Below, in pieces: positions 53,763 to 64,000 of a DNA stretch of 64,000 nucleotides (positions within the stretch are counted from its first letter, which is position 1; each line of letters begins with the position of its first letter). The stretch covers positions 1,364,001 to 1,428,000 of the forward strand of contig MU053304.1 in the NCBI GenBank assembly GCA_013239625.1, written 5' to 3'. Made by a program: the position numbers and the translations under genes. Source of the stretch: Lama guanicoe (Eukaryota). A model generated the notes under the pieces. That model made no database searches. It had not been told where the DNA came from and worked only from the letters and a program-made list of their open reading frames with translations.

Positions 53763-56400
53763 TCCCAAACTCATTCTATGAAGCCACCATCACCCTGATA
53801 CCAAAACCAGGCAAAGACACTACCAAAAAAGAGAATACAGACCAACATCACTGATGAACATAGATGCAAAAATCCTTACCAAAATATTATCAAATAGAAT
53901 CCAACAGCACATAAAAAAGATTATACAACATGATCAAGTGGGGTTCATCCCAGGGACACAAGGGTGGTTTAACATATGCAAATCAACCAATGAAATACAT
54001 CATATCAACAAGAGAAAGGACAAAAACCACATGATCATCTCAATAGATGCAGGAAAAGCAATCGATAAAATTCAACACCCATTTACGATAAAAACTCTTA
54101 CCAAAGTGGGTATAGAGGGAACATATCTCAACATAATAAAAGCTATATATGACAAACCTACAGCCAGCATAGTACTCAATGGTGAAAAACTCAAAAACTT
54201 CCCCCTGAAATCTGGGACAAGACAAGGTTGCCCACTATCACCACTCCTATTAACATAGTCTTGGAAGTCCTAGTCACAGCAATCAAGCAAGAGAGAGAAA
54301 TAAAAGGGATCCAAATTGGAAAAGAAGAGGTAAGAGTGTTACTATATGCAGATGACATGATACTATATATAGAAAACCCTAAAAGGGTAGCAAAAACTAC
54401 TAGAACTAATTGAAGAATTCAGCATGGTACCAGGTTAAAAGATTAATGTACAAAAATCAGTTGCATTTCTTTACACTAATGATGAATCAACAGGAAAAGA
54501 AAGTAAAGAAACAATTTCCTTTAAAATAGCACTCAAAGTAATAAAATACCTAGGAATAAATCTAACCAAGGAGGTGAAAGACTTATATATGGAGAACTAT
54601 AAAACACTGATTAAAGAAATTAAAGAAGACTTTAAAAATGGAAAGATATCCCATGCTCCTGGATTGGAAGAATCAGTATTGTTAAAATGGTCTGCCCAAG
54701 GCAATCTACAGATTTAATGCAATCCCTATCCAATTACCCAGGACATATTTCACAGAACTAGAACAAATCATAACAAAATTTATATGGAACCACAAAAGAC
54801 CTAGAATTGCCAAAGCATTATTGAAGAAGAAGAAAGAGGCTGGAGGAGTAACTCTCCCAGACTTCAGACAATACTACAGAGCTACAGTGATCAAAACAGC
54901 ATAGTATTGGTCCAAAAACAGATATATGGACCAATGGAACAGAATAGAGAGCCCAGAAATGAACCCACAACCTTTCGGTCAATTAATCTTCAACAAAGGA
55001 GGCAAGAATATACAATGGAATAAACACAGTCTCTTCAGCAAATGGTGTTGGGAAAACTGGACAACAGCATGAAAATCAGTGAAGCTAGAACACTCCCTTA
55101 TACTATACACAGAAATAAACTCAAAATGGATCAAAGACTTAAACACAAGACAAGATAAAATAAAACTCCTAGAAGAAAACATAGGCAAAACATTATCTCA
55201 CATGTATCTCAGAAATGTTCTCCTAGGGCGGGCAGTCTACCCAAGCAATTTCTAAGCAATAGAAATAAATGCAAGAATAAACAAATGGGACCTAATTAAA
55301 CTTACAAGCTACTGCACAGCAAAGGAAACCATAAGCAAAACAAAATGACAACCTATGGAATGGGAGAAAATATTTGCAAAAGATGAAACCGACAAAGGCT
55401 TGATCTCCAAAACATATAAGCAATTTATATGACTTAGTAAGAAAAAAACAAACAACCCAATCCAAAAATGTGCAGAAGATCTAAACAAGCAATTCTCCAA
55501 GGAAGAAATACAAATGGTCAATAGGTACATGAAAAAATGCTCACTATCACTAATTATCAGAGAAATGCAAATCAAAACTATGATGAGGTATCACCTCACA
55601 CCAGTCAGAACGGCCATTATTCAAAAGTCCACAAATAACAAATTGCTGGAGAGGCTGTGGAGAAAAGGAAACCCTCCCACACTGCTGGTGGGAATGCAGG
55701 TTGGTGCAGCCACTGCGGAAAACAGTATGGAGATTCCTCAAAAGACTAGGAATAGACTTGCCATATGACCCAGGAATCCCACTCCTGGGCATATATCCAG
55801 AAGGAACCCTACTTCAGGATGATACCTGCACCCCAATGTTCATAGCAGCACTATTTACAATAGCCAAGACATGGAAACAGCCTAAATGTCCATTAACAGA
55901 TGACTGGATAAAGAAGATGTGATATGTTTATACAATGGAGTACTATTTAGCCATAAAAATGACAACATAATGCCATTTGCAGCAACATGGATGTCCCTGG
56001 AGAATATCATTCTAAGTGAAGTAAGCCAGAAAGAGAAAGAAAAATACCATATGAGATTGCTCATATGTGGAATCTAAAAACAAACAAAAAAAACCCATTA
56101 ATACAAAACAGAAACAGACTCACAGACATAGAATACAAACTTGTGGTTGCCAAGGGGGAGGGGAGTGGGAAGGGACAGACTGGGAGTTTGAAAATTGCAG
56201 TTACTGACAGGCATATGTAGAATAGATAAACAAGATTATACTGTATTGCACAGGGAAATATGTGCAAGAGCTTGTGGTAGCTCATGGTGAAAAAATGCGA
56301 CAATGAATATATGCATGTTCATGTATAAGTGAAAAATTGTGCTCTACACTGGATATTGACACAACATTGTAAATTGACTATAACTCAATTAAACAAAAAA
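53763..56400 (+). mobile_element. 5'-truncated LINE-1 (ORF2 RT and C-terminus, 3'UTR, A tail), frameshifted
   Basis: ORF fragments NIDAKIL...[14 protein letters not shown] and [10 protein letters not shown] (RT motif); approximate TSD aatttccctccc(c)aatac at 53746-53762 and 56402-56419. Confidence 0.95.
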
Positions 56401-57084
56401 GAATTTCCCTCCCCAATACCTTGCCACTACATCAATAGAGCTCTCACATAATAACTGAGGATTACAACTGAAAGAGCCACAAGGCTCTATGTAAGGAATT
56501 CTTGGAGCAATCCAAAGAAAATAGAGGAGACAAAAAAAGGGACATTAGAGGATTTTGAAGCCTCTGTCACTTAAAGCTAGAAAAAAAATTCAGCATGGCT
56601 CATCTCTTAGACAGATTAACATAAAACCTCACAGTAAATGTTTATTTGCCTCAGTTTCTATTACCTGATACATCACATCTGGCTTTCAAAAAAATTATGA
56701 AGCATGCCAAAAGACAAAAACAGTCTTAAGAGGCAAAGTAACCATCAAAACCAGACTCAAATATGACAGGTGTTTGAATTATCAGACAAGAATTTAGAAT
56801 AACTATGACTAATTAATATATTAAGGGCTCTAATGGAAAAAGTAGACAACATGCAAGAACAGATGACTAAGTAAGCAAAAAGGTGGAAACGCGAAGAAAC
56901 AGTGGAAAAGGAAATGCTAGAAATCAAAAACACTACAACAGAAATGAAAAATGCCTTTGATGAGCACATGGTCGAGGAAAGAATCAGTGAGTTGAAGATA
57001 TGTCAATAGAAACTACTCAAATTAAAATACAAAGAGAAAAAGATATAAGGAGAAAAAAACAACAAATATAGTATTTCAGAATGC

Positions 57085-57545
57085 TGGAATACTACTCAGC
57101 CGTAAAAAAGAATGAAGTGATGCCATTTGCAGCAACATAGATGACCCTAGAAATTATCATACTAAATGATGTAAATCAGACAGAGAAAGATAAATATCAC
57201 TCATAGGTGGAATCTTAAAAAAAATTATACAAATGAACTTATTTACAAGACAGAAATAGACTCATGGACAGAGAAAACAAACTATGGTTACCAAAGAGAG
57301 TTGAGGGGATGGATAAATTAAGAGTTTGGGATTAACATATGCACAGTACTACACATAAAATAGATAAACAACAAGGACCTACTGTGTAGCACAGGGAACT
57401 ATATTCAATTTCTGGTAATAATCTATAATGGAAAAGAATCTTAAAAAATATATATACATGTATATGTATAACTGAATCACTTTGCTGTACACCTAAAACT
57501 AACACAACATTGTAAATCAACTATACTTCAATAAAAAATAAAACT
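57085..57545 (+). mobile_element. LINE-1 3'UTR fragment nested in an older L1
   Basis: atgccatttgcagcaacatagatgaccctag...aactatacttcaataaaaaa. Confidence 0.82.
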
Positions 57546-57772
57546 AAACTTTAAAAAGTTTTTAACTTTTGAGATGCAGCAAAATCAGTGCTTAGAGAGA
57601 AATGTGCGGCCTTAAAATGCATATATTAGAAAAGAAGAAAGATCTAAATCAATAATCTAAGCCTCTATCTGAGGAAACCAGGGTAAAAAGGGAAATTGAA
57701 GCCTAACACAAGCAGAAGAAAATCATGAAAGGTAGAGAAGAAAACAACGAAACTGAAAACAGGAAAACATTA

Positions 57773-57850
57773 TAAAAAAAAAAAAAGAAGAGGAAGAAGA
57801 GGAAGAAGAAGGAGAAGCAAGAGAAGAAGGAGGAGAAGAAGAAAAAGAAA
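57773..57850. repeat. Poly-A plus (GAA/GAG)n purine tract
   Basis: aaaaaaaaaaaagaagaggaagaagaggaagaagaaggagaag... Confidence 0.85.
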
Positions 57851-59037
57851 TAAACCAAAAGCTGATTTTGGGGGGAAAATATAAATGCAGTTGATAGAAC
57901 TCTGGCCAGGCTAACAAAGAAAAAAGAGGGAAGACAGAAATTACCAACATCAAAAACAAAAGAGGGAACATCTCTATTAATCCCACGGACATTAAAATAA
58001 TAGTAAAGAATTAATACCTGCAAATGTATCTACAAATTTGATAAAAGACAGAATGGACAAATTCCTTAAAAGACACACGGCCCAAACTCATCCAGGGAGA
58101 CAGAGCATCTGAATTAGGCCTACATCAATTAAAGAGGTTGAATCAGTAACTCATAGCCCTCCTAAAACGAACGCACAGGCCCAGGGGGAAGCTCCAGCGA
58201 AGTCTACCAAACCACTTCAAGTACAATCTCTTCCAGAAGATAGAAGCAGAAGCAGCCCCTCCTAACTCGCCCCGGGGGGTAGGCATCACCCAGCCCTCAC
58301 CTCTCAGTGCCGTCCTTTGCCTGCCTGGAGGCCACGGGCTGGCTGGGCTTCAAGCTCCTCTGGCTCATCTTCCTGTCTCTCAGGAGCAGTTGGAGGAGGG
58401 CAGGCGGGGTGCACCCTCAGCCTTCAGGAGAGAAGGTCCTGGGCACTGAGGACCAGTCAGATGGCGCCGCAGTGGGTAGCAACGCTACTGCCTTCCTAGG
58501 GCCTGCCCAGAGCCAGAAATAGCCCCATTTACTTTCAGTTCCTCCAATCAAGTGTTCAGAGACGCTCAGGCTCAGGGCCTCCGGATGTGGGCTTTGACAA
58601 AGCTGGTCCCCAGTCACCCAGAAACTAGAAAAAGTTTGACAACAGTTGGGCATTCAGTTTGGATATTAGTTTTTCTAAAGGGACCTTTTCTGGACAGAGT
58701 TGTCTTTTGGGGTAGGGATGGGGAAAATGAGGGAGCTCAGGGGGCATGACACATCACCTTGCAGCAAGTGTCAGAGGGACCGGGGAATTCCAACAGTGCC
58801 AGCCCAGAGATGTGAGAGGTATGAGTAAATAAGGCAGTGATGTGAGTCATGGGGTCCTGAAATTTCCCCAAAGGCTAATCCACTACAATTTTTAGAAATC
58901 GGATTTCCCCATAATTTATTTATTTGTAATCTCATGCTGTTGCATACCAGTAGAATGAAGCTGGGTAGACAGAAACAATGACTGTAGATGCCAGCCCTAG
59001 GGGACATACAGGACCCGGACAAGATGCTTGGACTAAC

Positions 59038-59069
59038 CTGCAGTTGAGGTAGCTGCCTCCACTTGTCAT
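59038..59069 (-). CDS. SP140: SP140 coding exon 1 (MTSGGSYLNCR)
   Basis: ATG at 59069, 32 nt, ends AG|gttagt (phase 2). Resembles human SP140 MASGDSNLNFR. Phase matches the next exon. Confidence 0.85.
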
Positions 59070-59191
59070 CTCCTCAGGCCATGGAACTGGCCAAAGATCA
59101 CATTTGATTAGGTCTTCACTGCCTCTGTCCTTTCTCGGAGCTCTAACAAGAAAGTCTGCCTTTCAGTCCCTCAGATGTGGCATCTAAAGGG

Positions 59192-59209
59192 TAAACGGAA
59201 AGTGAAGTT
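59192..59209 (-). promoter_or_regulatory. Imperfect ISRE, SP140 promoter
   Basis: AACTTCACTTTCCGTTTA, 140 nt upstream of the SP140 ATG. Confidence 0.55.
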
Positions 59210-61284
59210 GTGGAACAGTGTGACGTGGCTAGAGTCCTCCCTCCGCCCCCCCACCCCTCGTCCCAGCCCGGGAAGGAGGAGCAGGGCCGGCCCCTGCATT
59301 CAAGGATAAGAGCAGACCCCTTGTAGGAAAAAAGGACAGAGGGCATTCCAGCGAGGGAGAGAGGGCAGGAAAGTCTCTTGAACTCAAACTGGTTCCGAGG
59401 TGAAGTGCCTTAGTGTTGACGGGGAGGAAGAAAATTGCATGTTTCCCCCTGCCCCTTGCCAAGGTGGCTGTGAGAAGGAAAAAGGGAAAGCCAGACTTTT
59501 GAGATCTTCCCTTAGGCCCATGGGCTGGACAATTTAGACCCAGTGTTCAGACACAGAACTGGAGAGAGAAAATATTCTTCAAATATCTGGGAAGCAGCCA
59601 GAGGCCAGAAAGAACCCTCCCTACTCCTGCAACCAGAAGGAAATAACTAAATTTGGGCAGAGAAGCCTGATGTGCAATTCTAAGTTTTCTTGAATAACGT
59701 GGGCACTTTACAAACGCAACTGGAAGTGCTTAGGGAAAAACTGAGCTTCAAATAGTCACTGCAACCTCAAAGAAAGTGACAGGCTTCTCAGCGGATGGGG
59801 AAAGGGTTTGAAGCTGAGACTGCCTACACCTTACAGAACAATGTGATGCTAGGTAATAAGTGTGTTACATGTATGTTTGTGCACGATTTTTTCACTTGTA
59901 CCTGGCTCTCATTCTGTAAAGGATTTGAAGTAACTTAGAAAAACACACTATTTCAGCATAAAGTTGAAAGATGAAGAAATGGGAGCAAAACACAGATAAA
60001 ATAAATAAACAAAGCAAGAGAACTAGAAATCCAGGCAGGACAATGGGTCAAAGACAGAGGTGAATGGGAGCCAGGGTATCTGTAGAGTCCAGGGTCTCGG
60101 TCAGAGCATTGGGCCAAAGCAGGTGAGGACTAGGAAGCCTCAAAGCAGTATGTTCCCAAAGTATGTTCCACTGAATCCCGCTTCTTCTGGCTCATTATAG
60201 ACGTGCTAGAAAATTTGCATAAATGTTTGCCAAGTATAGAGGGCAAAAGATTTCTACCCCTTTGCCTGCATCTGCTCTTTCTTTCCCCCAAAGAAATGAA
60301 CATCAATCTGGCTGAGACAGACTCCAGATTCCAGGACACTGGTGAGGACATCTTCTTCAGCGGGCAGGGTCTGTGTGCCTACCGGGTGCTGCACACCACC
60401 CCCATGGACTGCCTGCCGCGTTCTCTCTCCCCTCACTTTGTGAGGCAAAGAGGCTAGTAAGCTGCGCCTCCGTTGGACATCACTGTCCTGGACACAGTGG
60501 CCCAGAGAAGGCCTGGCACAGACTAGACCAGCCCGCTCTGATGTCCCCTCTCTCTCTTCTCACTGACATAAAGCTGCCAGCTTTTTTGCTTATAAGCACA
60601 AGGTCTTTTATGTTCCTCAGCTGACTGGTGGTAAGAATAGGACGTAAGGGGTATTCCTGTCGAATTTATAAGAAAATGTTACTTTGCAATACGCTGCATT
60701 ACCCCAGATAACAATAAGAACTTTAGCTTCTGTTTCCCACTTTTCCTATGTTCGTTAGAGAACCGGTCTCTCTGGAGTAAGTTAGGAATGGCTGCACCAA
60801 GCCCACTGAGGGCCATCAGATGGTCCCTGGCCTCTAATGGAGGGGTAGAGCTGTCTTCTTTTTCTTCCCTATGACCTGGGGCATAAGAAGATTCTGACCT
60901 GCTTCCTTGCTCCGTTCTCCCACCCAGATTCAGGCCAAAGAGGTGATCATCTCCGAAAGCAAGCCAATGATTTCTTTCCACCTGAAAAATTTCTCTCCAT
61001 TTTGCTAAGTGTGCTAAAAGCTGATGCTTGGAATAGAGGTGTCAGTTGGGCAGTCCTGATCACAACCTCATGTTATAAGTTAATTTGCTAGTAACTTGCC
61101 AGACTCCACTAACTCATCTCGCCCTTCATCATCATATAATCCAAAGAGATCTGGATCACCTGGATGTCCCATAGACCACTACATGGTCGATTACATTGGT
61201 GATATCATGGTGAGCAGACAGGATGGGCAAGAGGTGGCCAGCATGCCTGCTAAAGAAGAATTAATTACTGGCCCTCAACAACAA

Positions 61285-61575
61285 GGGTAAATCTCAGAAT
61301 CATTATGATGAGCAAAGAAGCCATCTACCAAAAAGCGCATACTGTGTGTTTCCAATTATGTAAAATTTTAACACAAGATAACAAATCTGTAATCATAGTA
61401 AACGTAGATGAGTGGTTGCCCCATGCTGGAGTTGGGGTGGAGACTGCAAAGAGCACAAAGGAAGTTTCTGGGGTGATGGAAATGGTCCGTATCTTAATTG
61501 TGGTTGTAATTACATTTGTTAAAACTCATCAAAATGCACGCTTAAAGTGAATGAATTTTATACTTCAACAAAACT
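61285..61575 (+). mobile_element. Old L1M 3' end fragment
   Basis: aaatctcagaatcattatgatgagcaaagaagcca...catttgttaaaactcatcaaaatgcacgcttaaa. Confidence 0.7.
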
Positions 61576-61779
61576 GAGCTCTTGCCCACGTAGGTTAGCC
61601 TTGGTTTCAAGACTTCTTAGACCCTAAAACTGTGTGTTCCATCTTTTTCCCTGAGAGGTTTACTGGTGCCCTGCTAGGCGGGACCTACGGATCTAAAACA
61701 CTTGAGAATCTTGATTTAAATAAACCTAAACAGATTTCTACAGTAAAGAATTTCTCACAGACTCTACATGACAGTGCAT

Positions 61780-61837
61780 ATTAGAAATCTTTAACAGGAT
61801 GTAGAGAGAGACATTAGAAATCTTTAACAGGATGTAG
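61780..61837. repeat. 25-bp direct repeat, 33-bp period
   Basis: attagaaatctttaacaggatgtag at 61780-61804 and 61813-61837. Confidence 0.9.
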
Positions 61838-62229
61838 CCCCTGGAGTGGCTATTCTGGAGTCTTCTCCTGGCCGAGACGCCGCCCTCTATCTGACTTCCA
61901 CACACTCCCGGCTTCCAGCTGCCAGCCTGGCTCTGAAACACCTTCCTGCCTGGAGGCCTGCCTACCAGTGCCTGATTTCAGTTTACATTCAGGTTTCCTT
62001 TCATTTCAGTTTTCTTAGTAATCATTTTATCCTGACAAAGGATAGGCATTTCGGAGTCACTTTACCTCCCTTCTGTTTGTTTTTTAAGTTTGAAGATTTC
62101 TAGTAAATTTATTCAGCTGTGTAATCATCACCATTACCACAATCAGGATAACAGCATTTTCATCACCCCAAAAAGTATAGGAGAAGTGATAGAGAAATAG
62201 AGGTGGGTAAGGATGCGAACAGACGGTGG

Positions 62230-62640
62230 ATTCCCAGCTCCCGCGGACCCTGGGGCTAGACCCCTGTGCCCCTTCCCCTCTGAACCCACCTCCCCAGGCT
62301 GATCCGGATGAGCAGCAGCCCCTCCCCAACCCCCAAAGCCCTGGGGCCTCACAAGCGTCCGAAGGTGGAGGGAGGCTGCGGGCGCGGCAACTCTGCCTTC
62401 GGCTCTGCGCGATCTGCTCCAAGTACTTTCACTTTCCTTTTCTCAAAGCCTGGCCTCGCGCTGCCCCGCGAGGCACAGCGCGGACTTCCTGTTTCACCCA
62501 CCAGTCTCTGCCTGCCCGTCTCCCAGTTTTCCAGGACCGAGCCAGCCCCTGGGCCTGGAAAGCGGCAGGAGAACATGGCAGTCTCGGCGTCCAGGTGGGT
62601 TTTCGTCTCGGCTGCTTGATTTAGTTTTGGCGACTGACTT
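62230..62640. promoter_or_regulatory. GC/CpG-rich SP110 promoter with ISRE (62425-62441) and ETS site (62484-62491)
   Basis: ACTTTCACTTTCCTTTT is a consensus IRF/ISRE; ACTTCCTG is an ETS core; CpG enrichment. Confidence 0.8.
62575..62594 (+). CDS. SP110: SP110 exon 1 coding part (MAVSASR), putative
   Basis: aacATGG in strong Kozak context, 20 nt, ends AG|gtgggt (phase 2), in frame with exon 2; lies in the GC/CpG-rich promoter. Confidence 0.65.
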
Positions 62641-63762
62641 TAATGGTTAATGCCCTGGCAGCAGCCGCACGGTGGAACTCAGGCTGAAACTGTGAGGCTC
62701 TCTCTTTGTAAAATAATGTTTTCCAAAGAGGTAGAGAGGGTACGTGGGATTTAAAAAGAGAATGTTAAAAAGAAGACGGCTGAGGAAGGGAAACAAACAC
62801 ACAGCTCAGCTCTTCTTCCTCTGAATTCCAGCCTGTTATTGTCGATGCAACTCGAGGTTTGCTTTGCACCCTCCTGTCCTTGCCGCGTGATCTTGCACTC
62901 TGCCCTGAATGGGCAACTCATCCATTATTCTTTGTACGAGAGGCTAAAGGTAGTTGGGAAGCTAACAGAAAAGAGAAAATAAGGAAATTTTATTTCCTCC
63001 GTTTAATTTTCTCTCTAGTGTATTAACTTTTCAATATGTTTTTTCTTTAAGCACAGTCAGGATTATTTTCTTGAAATAATTTCCCAGAATTGGAACGTGG
63101 GTCTCAAAGGAATACATTTTTTTAGGGCATTTGAAACTGATGACTAAGTTAACCTCCAGAATATGTGCATTTGACTTAATTGCCTGTTTATGTCTTTTGC
63201 TTTTTTTTCTTACTAGGTGTCTGTCTTTGCTCAGATGAGCTCTACTTTGCCACCGAATACCCTGGGCTAGTTACTTAACCTCTCTGGGCATTGTGTTCAA
63301 CCTCAGCGATTATAACAGATGAAGAATGAGGAACATGGCGAATGTTCTGTTCTGAATGTTGTAGTATAGTTAGTCATCCAGGACCCCTTCCTCTTCTTAG
63401 CATGTGATCATTCTGACTTTTTCTGGCTCTGTGCTGGTCTGTGAAACCCTTGGAACAAAGACTTGGCAGACAGACAGCCCCTAGGAAATAGTAGCTCTAT
63501 TTAATAACTGCCTTAGGTTCACCAATAGCCCCTTTGGGATTTCAGCGTCATACTGTCAGTCAATTTTAGCCTCTATTGTTGCTGGGTGCCGTCACTACTT
63601 CCTATACCCGTGAGTCTTTTCAGCAGGCATAGCTTTGCAGATGACCAAAGGATGCCTTTGGGACCAGAATGCCTGTCTCTAGATGCCTATGCAATGCAGA
63701 GAGTGGCTCCCCAAACTCCTCAAAATCTTTGCTTCTGTTTTCTTTTTGTGCCCCTTCCACAG

Positions 63763-63910
63763 AAGATTCACCATGACCAGGGCCTTAGAAGAGGCTCTTC
63801 TCCAACACTTCATATGTCAGAAACTGGAGATCGCTTATGCCATAAACAAGCCATTTCCCTTCCTCGAAGGCCTCCGAGACAACTTGTTCATCACCGAGAA
63901 ACTGTACAGG
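63763..63910 (+). CDS. SP110: SP110 exon 2, HSR/CARD domain first half (gene continues beyond window)
   Basis: ccccttccacag|A AGA TTC ACC ATG...TAC AGG|gtgagt, 148 nt; RFTMTRALEEALLQHFICQKLEIAYAINKPFPFLEGLRDNLFITEKLYR, matching recalled SP110 MFTMTRAMEEALFQHF...; head-to-head with SP140. Confidence 0.92.
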
Positions 63911-64000
63911 GTGAGTCACGTTGACTGCTTTGCCATGGCAGTCCAGCCCCCACCAAGAATGTCCAATTATTGAGGTCTCAAACCACAACTCCTCACGGCT

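Larger units (their letters stand above)
53080..58290 (+). mobile_element. Older L1M element (5' region/ORF1/ORF2 remnants) interrupted by younger L1 insertions
   Basis: ORF1-like A-rich segment at 56700-57050 and ORF2-like segment at 57560-58280 (gcagcaaaatcagtgcttagagagaaat...ctggccaggctaacaaagaaaaaa). Confidence 0.6.

Noticed and set aside
53854..55922. Reverse transcriptase-like ORFs as a novel RT system
   Set aside because: Ordinary frameshifted, 5'-truncated LINE-1 ORF2 with 3'UTR, A tail and TSD.
57703..58023. Phe/Ser-rich minus-strand ORFs
   Set aside because: Translation of a purine simple repeat inside L1 sequence.

Overview
This is mammalian genomic DNA, probably camelid, inferred from two tRNA-derived SINEs resembling the Vic-1 family. 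It covers the core of the speckled-protein (SP100 family) cluster. The minus strand carries a complete SP140 gene. I read 21 coding exons with GT-AG junctions and consistent phases (59069 to 10555), giving an uninterrupted 1989-nt CDS (662 aa): HSR/CARD, acidic disordered region, basic NLS, SAND, PHD, bromodomain. SP110 starts head-to-head on the plus strand (exons 1-2 at 62575-63910). The CpG-island promoter and first coding exon of SP100 lie on the minus strand at about 3.3 kb. The rest is intron and intergenic DNA dense in L1, L2, MIR, MaLR/ERVL LTRs and DNA-transposon fossils, and nearly all listed six-frame ORFs are spurious. I see no previously undescribed biological system. The most interesting observations are four: (i) all three genes share a homologous ISRE-ETS-ATG promoter/exon-1 module; (ii) SP110 appears to start at an exon-1 ATG because the usual exon-2 ATG is AGA; (iii) the SP140 stop codon, 3'UTR and poly(A) signal appear to come from an ERVL LTR; (iv) the SP140 disordered region is built from duplicated phase-1 exons, with relic and candidate exons. 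Orthology and repeat-family names rest on recalled sequences, not on database searches.
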